From positions 5,566-69,565 of the forward strand of contig JAFUJK010000050.1 of the NCBI GenBank assembly GCA_017468205.1: a DNA stretch of 64,000 nt. Direction: 5' to 3'. The notes below the pieces were generated by a model. That model was given only the letters and a program-made list of their open reading frames with translations, searched no databases and was not told the DNA's origin. The DNA comes from Clostridia bacterium. GTDB lineage: Bacteria; Bacillota; Clostridia; Christensenellales; UBA1242. The position numbers were made by a program, and so were the translations under genes. Position 1 is the first letter of the stretch; every line of letters begins with the position of its first letter. Positions 1 to 10,347 of the stretch are shown here, piece after piece.

Positions 1-785
1 ACAAAAGTTGAATTTGCTCCAGTATTTACAACAGTTTCAAAGTTAGAACCTGCGTAGCGGGTTATTTTGATATTGTCAAACAACACAAAACCTTTACTAC
101 CGCTTACGCTTGATTTTTCACCAAGAAGGAGTTGCATTCCCATAGTGCTTGAAGTGTTTGCACCTGTGGCAATATAGAATACAACCTGTTGCCATCTAGA
201 ATATGTGTTGATATTTGTAATTTTAGCACTTTCGAGTTCGTCAAAGTCAGTTCCAGTTAAATAAACACTTGCGGTTGAAGCCGAGTCAGTGTAAACGTAT
301 AGGCTGATAGAGTAAAAACTATTAGCAACTAAACTGATATCTGTTTCGGTTTGATAACCATAGTTGCGATATTCATTATTAGCATTAATCATTAACACTG
401 ATTGTTCACTACCAGAACCTTGTGTTGCTGGTTGAGTGAAATTTTCAAGTCCATAATTTTTGTATTGTAATTTATAAATGTCGCCATTTAAGTCAATTAA
501 ACCTGCTTTGTGAGGAGTGCGTGATTCTGTACTCCAAACAGTCCACCCATCAGGTGTGCGAGGATAAGATGACGTGCCATCATATTCGCTAAAATTAGGG
601 TTTACGAGGCCAATACTTGATGTAACATCTTGTTGTGATGTCAAATCACTTGTAGCATCAAGAGAAGATTTTGTGTTTTGATTAATCCAACTTGCAAAAA
701 ACATTGAGTTTTGCATAAACAAGAAACTCATAACCAAAACGATTGTAAGAAGTAAAGTTTTAAGTGAGAAAGATTTTTTAGTCAT
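1..785 (-). CDS. secreted protein of unknown function, N-terminal part only (gene runs off the window start)
   Basis: Reverse-strand ATG at 785-783 follows an AAAGGT ribosome-binding site. I checked the reverse frame codon by codon and it stays open to position 3. The N-terminus MTKKSFSLKTLLLTIVLVMSFLFMQNSMFFA is a typical signal peptide. NPNFSE..PDGWTVW weakly resembles the start of CBM4/9-type beta-sandwich modules. It is absent from the ORF track because the window edge truncates it. Confidence 0.6.
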   Translation of the reverse strand, partial: MTKKSFSLKTLLLTIVLVMSFLFMQNSMFFASWINQNTKSSLDATSDLTSQQDVTSSIGLVNPNFSEYDGTSSYPRTPDGWTVWSTESRTPHKAGLIDLNGDIYKLQYKNYGLENFTQPATQGSGSEQSVLMINANNEYRNYGYQTETDISLVANSFYSISLYVYTDSASTASVYLTGTDFDELESAKITNINTYSRWQQVVFYIATGANTSSTMGMQLLLGEKSSVSGSKGFVLFDNIKITRYAGSNFETVVNTGANSTF

Positions 786-934
786 AGTAAATACCTTTTA
801 GATAGAGTGTGCGCGTATATTTTTTGCGCATAATATACAACCTATTATATATCATTACTAAAATAAATGCAAGTTTTTAAGCACATATAAAAATAAAATA
901 AGTCGAATTTTTTAGAAAAATCGGGGTAAATTGA

Positions 935-1291
935 ATGACAAAGAAAAAAGTTGGCGGTTTAATGGGCGCTGGAATCTTTATTGGCATTATAAATGGCTTC
1001 TTTGGCGGTGGGGGTGGAATGATTTGTGTTCCCGCGCTAATTTTACTTGGATTGTCGAATAAACAAGCGCAAGCAACGGCAATACTCATAATGCTCCCCA
1101 TAAGTATTGCCAGCGCAATCGTTTATTATTCAAGCGGGTTTGTGGATTGGAATAGTGTTTTATTTGTGTCGATAGGCTCTGTGATTGGTGGCATAGTTGG
1201 CGCGTATCTACTAAAAAAATTATCGAATAATGTTTTGCAATATGTTTTTGCGCTTGTAGTTGTGGCTGCTGGGGTCAGAATGTTGTTTTAA
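935..1291 (+). CDS. half-size TSUP (TauE/SafE, DUF81) family membrane permease, subunit 1
   Basis: 118 aa, about 4 TM segments. The N-terminal motif GFFGGGGGMICVPALILL matches the G-rich VP(x)L signature of TSUP repeat units. Confidence 0.7.
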   Translation: MTKKKVGGLMGAGIFIGIINGFFGGGGGMICVPALILLGLSNKQAQATAILIMLPISIASAIVYYSSGFVDWNSVLFVSIGSVIGGIVGAYLLKKLSNNVLQYVFALVVVAAGVRMLF

Positions 1292-1303
1292 GGAGGAAAT
1301 ATT

Positions 1304-1741
1304 ATGTTGTGGTATTACTTATCGCTAGCGGGGCTATTTGGAGGCTTGGTAGGCGGAATGGGAATGGGAGGTGGAACTTTACTCATTCCAATTTTAACAA
1401 TGTTTTTAGGCGTGGACCAGCATTTAGCACAAGCAATAAATCTTCTAGTGTTTATTCCCACAGGTATAATTGCGGTCATTATTCACGCTAAAAATAAATT
1501 GATAGATTATAAAGTTTTTGGCATTATAATTTTCCCTGCAATGGCAACAGCGGTTGGTGCTGCTTTACTAGTTGGGAAATTGGAAAGTGATTTACTTAAA
1601 ATTTTATTTGGTGTTTTTCTTGTCCTTATCGGTATTTTTCAGTTATATCAAGCAATAAAAGCATCTATTGATAGAAAAAAGAAAATAACAAGACCAGTTT
1701 TAAAGCATAATCTCTATCCTCCTAGAAACAAAGATTTTTAA
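1304..1741 (+). CDS. half-size TSUP (TauE/SafE, DUF81) family membrane permease, subunit 2
   Basis: 145 aa, about 4 TM segments. The motif GGMGMGGGTLLIPIL is the second TSUP repeat signature. It has its own strong RBS, TAAGGAGGAAATATTATG, 12 nt after the stop of subunit 1. Confidence 0.7.
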   Translation: MLWYYLSLAGLFGGLVGGMGMGGGTLLIPILTMFLGVDQHLAQAINLLVFIPTGIIAVIIHAKNKLIDYKVFGIIIFPAMATAVGAALLVGKLESDLLKILFGVFLVLIGIFQLYQAIKASIDRKKKITRPVLKHNLYPPRNKDF

Positions 1742-1806
1742 TTTGGACAAGCAAGTCAAAGCGTTCATCTTCATATATCTATTTATTATAATTGGGAGGT
1801 GCGCGC

Positions 1807-2514
1807 TTGATAATTGAAACCTTTGTTACGTTTATGAACAAAATAATGCTTTTTTCTTCGTATGTGGACCACGCGTCCAGTTTTCCGAAAACCTTGACAG
1901 CGGACGAGGAGAAAAAATACATTGAGAGGTTAAAAAACGGGGATACAGAGGCAAAAAGTATTTTAGTATCGCACAACTTGCGTTTAGTTGCGCATATTGT
2001 AAAGAAATATAGTAATAGTTCAAAAGAAGCAGATGATTTAATTTCCGTTGGTGCAATCGGATTGATTAAGGCAATAAACAGTTATTCTCCCGATAAAGGA
2101 GCGCAACTTTCGACTTATGCTGCTCGTTGTATTGAAAATGAAATATTAATGTTGTTTAGAGCGAATAAGAAACATCAAGGTAATATATCATTAGAGGAAA
2201 CTATAGGAACAGAAAAAGATGGCAACGAAATAATGCTAGCGGACGTAATTTGCGATATTGACACTGACGTAATGGAAATGGTTGAGAATAATATTCTAAC
2301 TGAAAAACTTATAAATATTATAAAAGATTCACTTTCCGAACGTGAATATAAAATATTGTGTATGCGGTATGGCATTGGGGGAAGTATTGCATATACACAG
2401 CGAGAAGTTGCAAAAAAATTGGGTATTTCACGCAGTTATATTAGTCGCCTTGAAAAAAAAGCGTTAATTACAGTACGTGAACAAGTTAAGTTAAAAAAAT
2501 TGTATGTTGATTAA
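1807..2514 (+). CDS. sigK: sporulation sigma factor SigK (pro-sigma-K), uninterrupted
   Basis: FPKTLTADEEKKYIERLKNGD, HNLRLVAHIVKKY, DLISVGAIGLIKAI, YAARCIENEILM and ISRSYISRLEKKAL match Bacillus SigK better than SigE. An N-terminal pro-sequence ends in ..SSYVDHASSFP. The in-frame TTG at 1807 sits 8 nt after GGGAGG and is the more likely start; the track ATG at 1792 overlaps that RBS. CATATATCT at 1772-1780 loosely resembles a mother-cell -10 (CATA...T); this is weak. Confidence 0.85.
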   Translation: MIIETFVTFMNKIMLFSSYVDHASSFPKTLTADEEKKYIERLKNGDTEAKSILVSHNLRLVAHIVKKYSNSSKEADDLISVGAIGLIKAINSYSPDKGAQLSTYAARCIENEILMLFRANKKHQGNISLEETIGTEKDGNEIMLADVICDIDTDVMEMVENNILTEKLINIIKDSLSEREYKILCMRYGIGGSIAYTQREVAKKLGISRSYISRLEKKALITVREQVKLKKLYVD

Positions 2515-2588
2515 AAATTTGTAATATTTTATTTACTTTTGGACAAAATAATTGTAGAATATATGAAATTCTATAAAAGGAGAATTTT

Positions 2589-2891
2589 ATGGCTGAATCA
2601 AAGAAAAGTTCAAGCAGTAGTTCAAAGAAAAAGTCTTGGAGTTTAAACGAGATTTGTTTCTACGTTATTGGCGCTGTTGCAATCTTATACCTTCTTGGTG
2701 TAATTTTGGCAGCTTGTGGCTTAGGTGCTGTTGTAGGCTGGCTTCAAGGTGTGGCAACTGCTATTATGATTAGTATTGTGGCTTTCTTGGGGTGGAAGTT
2801 TGTTGCTTCTAAACCTATGGTATGGAAAGTGCTATACGTTGTATTTTTGCTTGTAGTATTGATTGGTATTATCATTCCATTGGTATTATAA
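2589..2891 (+). CDS. small integral membrane protein, unknown function
   Basis: 100 aa. RBS AAAGGAGAATTTTATG. Ser/Lys-rich N-terminus followed by about 3 hydrophobic helices. Confidence 0.55.
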   Translation: MAESKKSSSSSSKKKSWSLNEICFYVIGAVAILYLLGVILAACGLGAVVGWLQGVATAIMISIVAFLGWKFVASKPMVWKVLYVVFLLVVLIGIIIPLVL

Positions 2892-2988
2892 GAAATTGGC
2901 ATAACTATTGTTGTGCCTTTTTTTATTATATATAATATATGAAAGGGAAAAAAATTTAAAAATTTTTCAAAAAAGTGTGTATTTTTTG

Positions 2989-3017
2989 TTGACAATGGAA
3001 TAATATAGTAGTACAAT
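2989..3017 (+). promoter_or_regulatory. sigma-A type promoter of the hrcA operon
   Basis: TTGACA (2989-2994), 17-nt spacer, TACAAT (3012-3017), immediately upstream of CIRCE. Confidence 0.7.
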
Positions 3018-3018
3018 A

Positions 3019-3045
3019 TTAGCAGTCAAGAGGTGAGAGTGCTAA
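3019..3045 (+). promoter_or_regulatory. CIRCE operator (HrcA binding site)
   Basis: TTAGCAGTC-N9-GAGTGCTAA, one mismatch to the consensus TTAGCACTC-N9-GAGTGCTAA. It lies at the expected position between the promoter and hrcA. Confidence 0.9.
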
Positions 3046-3114
3046 CACATAAACCACAAAAGTGCTAGCGCTCGTGCTGGATTAGGGGGTGAGCATATTT
3101 TTGACGAAGAGCAA

Positions 3115-4176
3115 TTGAGCGACAGAAAAAGGGATATTTTGCTTGGAGCGGTTGAAGATTATATTCAAAACGCAAGCCCTATTACAAGTAGCAATGTGAA
3201 AACTCGCTATTGTGCTGATTTGTCTACGGCAACTTTGCGAAATGAGTTAAATGCGCTGGAAGCAATGGGCTATCTTCGACAAATACATACATCGAGTGGG
3301 CGTGTTCCAACTGCGAAAGGATATAGGTATTTTGTTGATTCAATTATGGGCGATGTTCCTTTGGATAAAAAAATACTTGACGAAATTCACGGGATTTTCC
3401 AGAATCGAACAGTGTATCTTGGTGATATGGTAAATGAAATCGCGGATATTGTAAGCAAAGCAACTAACTATCCAACTGTCGTTATGCTGAAAGGTTTTGA
3501 AAAATTGTTAATCCAAAACGTTAAAATCATTCCTCTAATGACAGGGCAGGCATTGATATTGATTGAAACTAATAGTGGTATAATTAACAACTTTATGCCT
3601 GCAAATGCTGAAACGCCGATGCAAACGTACGTTGATGCAAGTAACTTTTTGACAACAACATTTAAAGAGCATACTGTGGCGGATATGATTCAAAACATCG
3701 AGAACTATCGCACGCAAATGGGACAGGATTTGCTTGATTTTAGTGGCTTATTTGATACAATGATTGACTCGTTGAAAAAACTTTGCGACAAAATCGCAAG
3801 TTCGGGTGGTTTTACCGCTCGTGGGCAATTGAGACTTTTGAATAGTCCTGAATATCAAGATTTGGATAAGGCAAAACGTGTTATAGATGTTTTGGATAAG
3901 CCAGAGGAACTTGGTCAAATCTTTGAAAATAAAAATATAAGCGAAGATGAAGTAAGTTTCAAAATTGGTTCAGAGATTCCAGTGGTCGACTTGCAGGAAT
4001 GTGCGGTTGCGTGTGCGGATTACACCGTTGATGGCGAAAGTATTGCAAGCATTGGGATTATTGGACCACAGCGTATGGATTATGCGAAAATTGCCAGTGC
4101 TCTGAAATTTGTAGTAGGAGAATTTGCGAATCTTAAAGCACTTGATTCTAAAAGAGGAGAAGATGATGAGCAATGA
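3115..4176 (+). CDS. hrcA: heat-inducible transcription repressor HrcA
   Basis: 353 aa. It is the first gene of an hrcA-grpE-dnaK-dnaJ block behind CIRCE, with a typical HrcA N-terminal wHTH (RKRDILLGAVEDYI...LRNELNALEAMGYL). TTG start; the exact start is uncertain. Confidence 0.9.
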   Translation: MSDRKRDILLGAVEDYIQNASPITSSNVKTRYCADLSTATLRNELNALEAMGYLRQIHTSSGRVPTAKGYRYFVDSIMGDVPLDKKILDEIHGIFQNRTVYLGDMVNEIADIVSKATNYPTVVMLKGFEKLLIQNVKIIPLMTGQALILIETNSGIINNFMPANAETPMQTYVDASNFLTTTFKEHTVADMIQNIENYRTQMGQDLLDFSGLFDTMIDSLKKLCDKIASSGGFTARGQLRLLNSPEYQDLDKAKRVIDVLDKPEELGQIFENKNISEDEVSFKIGSEIPVVDLQECAVACADYTVDGESIASIGIIGPQRMDYAKIASALKFVVGEFANLKALDSKRGEDDEQ

Positions 4177-4723
4177 AGAAAAATTAAATGATGAAGTCGT
4201 AAATGACGGCATCAATGTTGGTCAGCAAGATGACCTGGTAGCGGGGGATGAATGTGGAGACGATTTATCGCCACCACAAGATTTAAACTTAAAACTTCAA
4301 TTAGAAAAAGAAAACAGTATAGCATTAACTAAAATGCTTCAACAATTACAAGCGGATTTCTCAAATTATAGAAAGCGCAATGCTAATTTAGCAACGGAGT
4401 CAAGGCAAAGTGGAATTATGGAAGCAGTAAATGCTCTTTTGCCTGCATTTGATGCATTGACTTCTGCAAGCAAGCATATAACCGATGAGGAAACACTTAA
4501 AGGCTTGAAAATGATAGAACGTGAATTCTTAAATAATCTAAAATCACTCGAAATTACACAAATCGAAAGTGTGGGAACACAATTTGACCCTAATCTACAC
4601 AATGTTGTAGTTGCTGATGAAGTTGAGGGTGTTGAGAGTGGGCAGATTGTAGAGGAATATAAATCAGGCTTCATTAGCCCTAATGGTGTAGTCCGCGTGG
4701 CAATGGTTAAGATAGCAAAATAG
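4163..4723 (+). CDS. grpE: nucleotide exchange factor GrpE
   Basis: Sits between hrcA and dnaK. The DFSNYRKR motif and C-terminal beta domain are GrpE-like. AGAGGAGA lies at 4153-4160, with candidate ATG starts at 4163 and 4166. The track start at 4124 lies inside hrcA and is less likely. Confidence 0.9.
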   Translation: MMSNEEKLNDEVVNDGINVGQQDDLVAGDECGDDLSPPQDLNLKLQLEKENSIALTKMLQQLQADFSNYRKRNANLATESRQSGIMEAVNALLPAFDALTSASKHITDEETLKGLKMIEREFLNNLKSLEITQIESVGTQFDPNLHNVVVADEVEGVESGQIVEEYKSGFISPNGVVRVAMVKIAK

Positions 4724-4772
4724 TTTGGCTATTAGAAATATTTAATTATCAATTTTTAAGGAGAATTTTATT

Positions 4773-6593
4773 ATGGCAAAAATTATAGGTATTGACTTAG
4801 GAACAACTAACTCATGTGTGGCTGTTATGGAAGGTGGAGAGCCAGTTGTAATCCCTAACGCAGAAGGAATGCGCACAACTCCTAGTGTTGTGGCTTTCTC
4901 AAAAGACGGCGAACGTCTTGTAGGTCAGGTGGCAAAGCGTCAAGCTGTTGCAAATCCTGATAAAACCGTTTTGAGTATTAAGCGCGAAATGGGTACTGAT
5001 TACAAAGTTACTATTGACGAAAAACAATATTCACCACAAGAAATCAGTGCAATGATTTTGACAAAATTAAAGAATGATGCAGAGGCTTACTTGGGACAAA
5101 AAGTAACCCAAGCGGTTATTACAGTTCCAGCTTACTTTACTGACAGTCAACGTCAGGCAACAAAAGATGCTGGTAAAATCGCTGGTCTTGAAGTGCTTCG
5201 TATTATCAACGAACCAACCGCAGCAGCGCTTGCTTATGGTCTTGACAAGGCTGAAAATGCTAACCAAAAATTGTTAGTATTTGACCTTGGTGGTGGTACA
5301 TTTGACGTTTCTATTCTTGAAATTGGTGATGGCGTATTTGAAGTAATCGCTACAAAGGGTAACAACCGCCTTGGTGGTGATGACTTTGACCAACGTATTA
5401 TTGACTTGTTACAAAAAGAATTTAAAGCGCAAACTGGAATCGACCTTTCAGGCGACAAAACCGCTATGCAACGTTTGAAAGAAGCAGCGGAAAAGGCAAA
5501 AATTGACTTGTCTGCTTCTATGAAGACTACAATTTCACTTCCATTCATTTCAGCAGATTCAACAGGTCCAAAGCACCTTGAATATGAACTCTCTCGTGCT
5601 AAATTTGACGACATTACAAGTGATTTAGTTCAACAAACAATCGACCTTACATCTGCAGCACTTAAAGATGCAGGTTTAAGCAAAGACCAAGTGAACAAAA
5701 TCATAATGGTTGGTGGTAGCACGCGTATTCCAGCTGTTTGCGAAGCTGTAAAGAACTTTGCAGGCAAGGAAGGTTTTAAGGGTATTAACCCAGACGAATG
5801 TGTTGCAATAGGTGCTGCTATTCAAGGTGGTGTACTTGGCGGTGATGTTAAAGATGTATTATTGCTTGACGTAACTCCACTTTCACTTGGTATTGAAACA
5901 TTGGGTGGTGTGTTCACTCGTATTATCGACCGTAACACAACAATTCCTACAAAGAAATCCCAAGTATTCTCAACAGCTGCTGACAATCAGCCTGGCGTAG
6001 AAATTCACGTATTGCAAGGTGAACGCGAATTTGCAAAGGATAACAAAACTCTCGGCAGATTTAACTTGACAGACATTCCACCAGCGCCACGTGGTGTTCC
6101 TCAAATTGAGGTAACATTTGATATTGATGCTAATGGTATTGTAAACGTAAGCGCAAAGGACTTGGGAACAGGTAAGCAACAGCAAATCACAATTACTTCA
6201 AGTTCAAATATGAAAGAAGACGAAATTAACGAAGCAATCAAAAATGCGGAAAAGTATGCAAAAGAAGACAAAGAACGTCGCGAGATTATTGAGCAACGTA
6301 ACCAAGCTGATTCATTGATTTTAGGCTTGGAGAAAACCATGCGCGAAAGTGGCGATAAGATTAGCGAAGAAGACAAGAAAAAGTTGACCGAAGCAATCGA
6401 AAAGGCTAAGGAAGAGATTAAAGTTGACGACAAAGACAAGATTATGAAAGCAGTTGACGAGTTGTCAAAATCTAGCCAAGACATCATTACTAAACTTTAT
6501 CAAGCAAACCAAGCAGAGGCTAGTGCAAACGAAGACAAGAAAGACGAGCCAGAAGTAGAAGTTAAAGATGCCGATGCCAAAAAAGCAGACTAA
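4773..6593 (+). CDS. dnaK: molecular chaperone DnaK (Hsp70)
   Basis: [23 protein letters not shown] and [11 protein letters not shown]-like Hsp70 signatures; 606 aa. Confidence 0.98.
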   Translation: MAKIIGIDLGTTNSCVAVMEGGEPVVIPNAEGMRTTPSVVAFSKDGERLVGQVAKRQAVANPDKTVLSIKREMGTDYKVTIDEKQYSPQEISAMILTKLKNDAEAYLGQKVTQAVITVPAYFTDSQRQATKDAGKIAGLEVLRIINEPTAAALAYGLDKAENANQKLLVFDLGGGTFDVSILEIGDGVFEVIATKGNNRLGGDDFDQRIIDLLQKEFKAQTGIDLSGDKTAMQRLKEAAEKAKIDLSASMKTTISLPFISADSTGPKHLEYELSRAKFDDITSDLVQQTIDLTSAALKDAGLSKDQVNKIIMVGGSTRIPAVCEAVKNFAGKEGFKGINPDECVAIGAAIQGGVLGGDVKDVLLLDVTPLSLGIETLGGVFTRIIDRNTTIPTKKSQVFSTAADNQPGVEIHVLQGEREFAKDNKTLGRFNLTDIPPAPRGVPQIEVTFDIDANGIVNVSAKDLGTGKQQQITITSSSNMKEDEINEAIKNAEKYAKEDKERREIIEQRNQADSLILGLEKTMRESGDKISEEDKKKLTEAIEKAKEEIKVDDKDKIMKAVDELSKSSQDIITKLYQANQAEASANEDKKDEPEVEVKDADAKKAD

Positions 6594-6614
6594 ATAAAAT
6601 AAACGGAGTTTAAA

Positions 6615-7736
6615 TTGGCTCAAAATTATTATGATATTTTAGGGGTAGATAAAAATGCGAGTGCGGACGATATTAAGTCCGCTTATCGCAAGTTAGCAAA
6701 AAAATATCACCCGGATTTAAATAAGGATAATCCAGAAGCGGCAACAAAGTTTAAGGAAATTAACGAGGCATATGAAGTACTCAGTGACTCACAGAAACGC
6801 TCAAACTATGACCAATATGGGAGTGCGGATGGTCCAAACCCTAATGATTTCTTTGGTGGAAATCAAGGTGGAGGCGGATTTGGTTTTAACTTTGGTGATA
6901 TATTTGGTGATATATTCGGCGGTTTTGGAGGTGGTTCTGCCAAGACAGCCAATGCGGTACAAGGGCACGATATCAACGTAAAAGTAAATCTTACCTTTGA
7001 AGAAGCAGCGAAGGGCGTTAAGCGCGATATTACTTATATGTGTACACAAGAATGTACAGAGTGTAATGGAACAGGCGCAAAAGGTGGCACGGAATACACA
7101 ACCTGTCCTGATTGTCAGGGAACTGGACGTGTGCGCTATGCTCGCGATACTGTATTTGGTCGTATGGTTAATGAATCAATCTGTAAAAACTGTAACGGAA
7201 CTGGAAAAGCAATAAAAGAACGTTGCGGTACTTGTGGTGGTGCTGGTGTAAAACGAAGCCAACGCTCGACTACAATTAATATTCCAGCAGGTATTGACGA
7301 TGGGCAAACAGTTGTGGCTCGTGGTTATGGTGAAGCTGGAATACGCGGAGGTCCAGCGGGTGATTTGCTTATAACTGTTAATATTGCAAAGCATCAATTA
7401 TTAAAACGCGATGGATTTGATGTTCTTCTTGACGTTCCTGTACCTTTCACAATCGCTATGTTTGGTGGAAAGGTGATTATTCCAAGTTTGGAAGGAAAGC
7501 TTGAACTGAATATACCAGAGAATACGCAACCTGGAACTGTTCTTAAACTAAAAGGTAAAGGTATCAAGCAACTTAATAGAAGTGGCTATGGTGATATGCT
7601 TATTACGGTGAAAGTTGAATTGCCAAAAGTAAATGGTAGAGCCAAAAAAGACATTCAACTTTCCCTTGAAGAGCAATTCCCATTAGATAAGTTTGATAAG
7701 TTTAATAATTATAACAAATCAGTGAAATCACTTTAA
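6615..7736 (+). CDS. dnaJ: co-chaperone DnaJ
   Basis: J-domain with KYHPDLNK, a G/F-rich linker and four CxxCxGxG zinc-finger repeats. TTG start after an ACGGAG RBS. Confidence 0.97.
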   Translation: MAQNYYDILGVDKNASADDIKSAYRKLAKKYHPDLNKDNPEAATKFKEINEAYEVLSDSQKRSNYDQYGSADGPNPNDFFGGNQGGGGFGFNFGDIFGDIFGGFGGGSAKTANAVQGHDINVKVNLTFEEAAKGVKRDITYMCTQECTECNGTGAKGGTEYTTCPDCQGTGRVRYARDTVFGRMVNESICKNCNGTGKAIKERCGTCGGAGVKRSQRSTTINIPAGIDDGQTVVARGYGEAGIRGGPAGDLLITVNIAKHQLLKRDGFDVLLDVPVPFTIAMFGGKVIIPSLEGKLELNIPENTQPGTVLKLKGKGIKQLNRSGYGDMLITVKVELPKVNGRAKKDIQLSLEEQFPLDKFDKFNNYNKSVKSL

Positions 7737-7754
7737 TAGAAGTAATTTATATAA

Positions 7755-7780
7755 ACAGCTCCAATTTGGCGCTGTTTTTT
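7755..7780 (+). terminator. intrinsic terminator after dnaJ
   Basis: ACAGCTCC-AATTT-GGCGCTGT hairpin followed by TTTTTT. Confidence 0.6.
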
Positions 7781-7859
7781 GCATTTTTTTAAGGATTGGG
7801 TATTGACTTTTTGGGCTTTTTGTGATATACTTTTAACATAAAAAGGGAGGTTAGTTGTT

Positions 7860-8132
7860 ATGTCGGAAGGGAAGAAACAACAAAATTCTAGGGAAAGTTT
7901 GTTTGCTAGCATTTGGAAGTGTGGGCTTGGCAATATTGTCGAAACACTTGCACCTGTTGAGAAAGTAAAGAATTTTACTGATGGGTTTGGAAAGGGCGTT
8001 CCAGTTATAAGTTGGGTTTCTAAAAAATGCGACGAAGAATTGGATAGACGTAAACTTGAAGAACTTAAAAAAGAGATGCGAATGAGACGTCAAATAGAGC
8101 GCGAACTTGACCAAGAAGAAATGAGTAGATAA
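7860..8132 (+). CDS. hypothetical small protein with a charged C-terminal helix
   Basis: 90 aa. Own promoter (TTGACT..TGtGATATACT) and RBS AAAGGGAGG. A terminator hairpin at about 8143-8168 follows. No family recognised. Confidence 0.5.
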   Translation: MSEGKKQQNSRESLFASIWKCGLGNIVETLAPVEKVKNFTDGFGKGVPVISWVSKKCDEELDRRKLEELKKEMRMRRQIERELDQEEMSR

Positions 8133-8314
8133 TGAAGTCTTACAGACCTTGAAAAGGGTCTGTTTTTCTTTGAATATAACCGAACTCTGCGCAAAAATTT
8201 ATGCGTAACACCTTGCATAGTATGTGTTTTTTTGTAAAATTTTAATTAATATTGAGTTTGAAATTGCATTCCGCATTGTTTTATGATATAATGGAATAAA
8301 TAAAGGAGAAAACA

Positions 8315-9049
8315 ATGGAAAGACCAAGATTTTTTGTTGGTAGAGAATATAGATTTAATAATGAAATTATCATAAATGGCGACGAGTTTACGCATCTAAA
8401 TTCTGTCTTGCGCTTGCGTGCGGGGGAGCAAATTGATGTTTGTTTTAATGATGGCTGTGTCCATTTGTGTGAAATTGTAGCAGTTGAAAAGAAGCAAGCA
8501 ATTTGTAAAATTATCACAACTAATGAAGTTAAAAAGCGACATTCAAAAATTTCACTCTTTATTGCACTTACAAAAGCAGAGAGAATGGATTGGGCTGTGC
8601 AAAAGTGTACTGAACTTGGGATTGATGAAATAATCCCTTTCGCAAGTGAATTTTGTACAGTGAAAGATAAAGGTGGGAAAACTGATAGGTTAAAGCGAAT
8701 TGCACTTTCAGCAAGCAAGCAATCAGGTCGTGTGAATTTGCCTGAAATCTTGGACAACTTGACTTTTAATCAAGTGATTTTGAAATTGCAGGAATCCCCT
8801 CAAATTATTTTAGCCTATGAGAATGAAACGGCAAATGCAAAAGAGATTATTTCAAAATTAGATTGCTCAAAAGATACTGCCATAATCATAGGAAGCGAGG
8901 GTGGTTTTAGCGAAAAGGAAGTGCAAAATTTTGTTGATGCTGGCGCAAAAGTTGTTAGTTTAGGGGAAACAATTTTGCGTGCAGAAACTGCGTGTGTTGC
9001 GCTTGTAAGTGCTGTGAATTATGAATTTAATTTTTGGAAAAGGAAGTAA
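8315..9049 (+). CDS. rsmE: 16S rRNA (uracil1498-N3)-methyltransferase RsmE
   Basis: 244 aa. N-terminal PUA-like RFFV...G..I...GDEFTHLNSVLRLRAG pattern plus a SPOUT C-terminus. Lies next to mtaB, as yqeU-yqeV do in Bacillus. Confidence 0.85.
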   Translation: MERPRFFVGREYRFNNEIIINGDEFTHLNSVLRLRAGEQIDVCFNDGCVHLCEIVAVEKKQAICKIITTNEVKKRHSKISLFIALTKAERMDWAVQKCTELGIDEIIPFASEFCTVKDKGGKTDRLKRIALSASKQSGRVNLPEILDNLTFNQVILKLQESPQIILAYENETANAKEIISKLDCSKDTAIIIGSEGGFSEKEVQNFVDAGAKVVSLGETILRAETACVALVSAVNYEFNFWKRK

Positions 9050-9054
9050 TACGA

Positions 9055-10338
9055 ATGAAAATATCTATGCTTACTCTTGGCTGTAAAGTTAATCAGTATG
9101 AGGCTGATGAAATTGCGAGAGTTTTAAGAAAACGTGGACACGAGGTGTCAACAGAATTGGAACCAGCTGATTGTTTTATTTTGTCGACTTGTGCAGTTAC
9201 GAATGAGGCAGAGCGCAAATCTCGTCAAATGATTGCAAAACTCGAAAAAATATCACCTGATGCAAAAATTATTGTTTGTGGATGTGCAAGTCAAAACGAT
9301 TCAGTGAAGTTTGCAGACAAACCAAATGTTACCGTTGTTGTTGGTACTGGTGGAAAAATATGGATTCCTGACCTAGTGGAAGAAAAGGGAAATTATGTTG
9401 TTGAACCTGCGTATGATTATGAATATTTTGAGGAAAACACCGAGCGAGAACAAGTAAAGTTGAAACGTACGCGCGCTTATGTAAAAGTTCAAGATGGTTG
9501 CGATAACTATTGCTCTTATTGTCTAATTCCTTATTTGCGTGGCCGTAGTCGTAGTCGCGATTTGGAAAGTATCGTGGTTGAGGTTTTTAGGTTGGCAAAG
9601 ACACACCACGAGATTATTTTGACGGGTATCAATATTAGCGATTGGGGTAGAGATATCAAGTCTGATTTGGGGACCTTGCTATCATCGCTGTCAACAATCA
9701 ATGCGCGTATTAGATTGAGTTCGTTTGAAATGAATGTAATCACTTCGGATTTGATTAAAATAATGGTAAATATGCAGAATTTTTGCCCACATTTTCATTT
9801 GAGTATGCAGTCTGCTTGCGACCGAACTTTAAAGGCTATGAATCGCCATTATACAGTGAGCGAGTTTAAAAAGAAGGTAGAAATGCTTCGTGAGGCTTTT
9901 CCTCGTTGCGCTATAACTACTGATTTAATTGTTGGTTTCCCAGAAGAAACAGATGACGATTTCGCTGAAACTTTGAAAAATGTTGAGGAAATCGGTTTTG
10001 CTGATATGCATATTTTCCCATATTCTGTTAGAAAGGGAACAGTCGCTGCTGATATGGTGCAAGTAAACGGTGATGTGGTAAAAGAACGAGTACGTAAGAT
10101 TACTCAATTACGTAACAAAATGAAAACCGAATTTTTGAAGCGCGAACAGGGTATGATTTACGAAGTGCTGACCGAACAGGAAAAAGACGGATATGTCGTT
10201 GGGCATGCACGCAACTTTACAAAGGTTTATATTCCAAAAGAACAGATTGAGGCAAACACTCTTGCTATGGTAAGAATTGGCGAAGTTTATCAAGATGGTG
10301 TTTTGGGTGATGTTGTCGAAATTTGCAAGGAAGATTAG
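9055..10338 (+). CDS. mtaB: tRNA threonylcarbamoyladenosine methylthiotransferase MtaB (MiaB-like radical SAM)
   Basis: LGCKVNQYE N-terminal MTTase domain, CDNYCSYCLIP radical-SAM CxxxCxxC motif, and a TRAM-like C-terminus. The ATG at 9055 has the better RBS. Confidence 0.85.
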   Translation: MKISMLTLGCKVNQYEADEIARVLRKRGHEVSTELEPADCFILSTCAVTNEAERKSRQMIAKLEKISPDAKIIVCGCASQNDSVKFADKPNVTVVVGTGGKIWIPDLVEEKGNYVVEPAYDYEYFEENTEREQVKLKRTRAYVKVQDGCDNYCSYCLIPYLRGRSRSRDLESIVVEVFRLAKTHHEIILTGINISDWGRDIKSDLGTLLSSLSTINARIRLSSFEMNVITSDLIKIMVNMQNFCPHFHLSMQSACDRTLKAMNRHYTVSEFKKKVEMLREAFPRCAITTDLIVGFPEETDDDFAETLKNVEEIGFADMHIFPYSVRKGTVAADMVQVNGDVVKERVRKITQLRNKMKTEFLKREQGMIYEVLTEQEKDGYVVGHARNFTKVYIPKEQIEANTLAMVRIGEVYQDGVLGDVVEICKED

Positions 10339-10347
10339 GGGGTAACT

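Noticed and set aside
1772-1780. Mother-cell sigma (E/K) -10-like CATATATCT upstream of sigK
   Set aside because: I could not find a matching -35 element at the expected spacing. It is noted in the sigK evidence but not called as a feature.
3056-3080. Second CIRCE-like half-site (AAGTGCTAGCGCTCGTGCT) downstream of the CIRCE operator
   Set aside because: Only one arm resembles GAGTGCTAA, and there is no partner arm at N9 spacing. It is probably part of the 5' UTR structure.
8281-8757. 158-aa ORF on the - strand
   Set aside because: It is antisense to rsmE and has a low-complexity Ser/Ile/Phe-rich translation typical of antisense frames.
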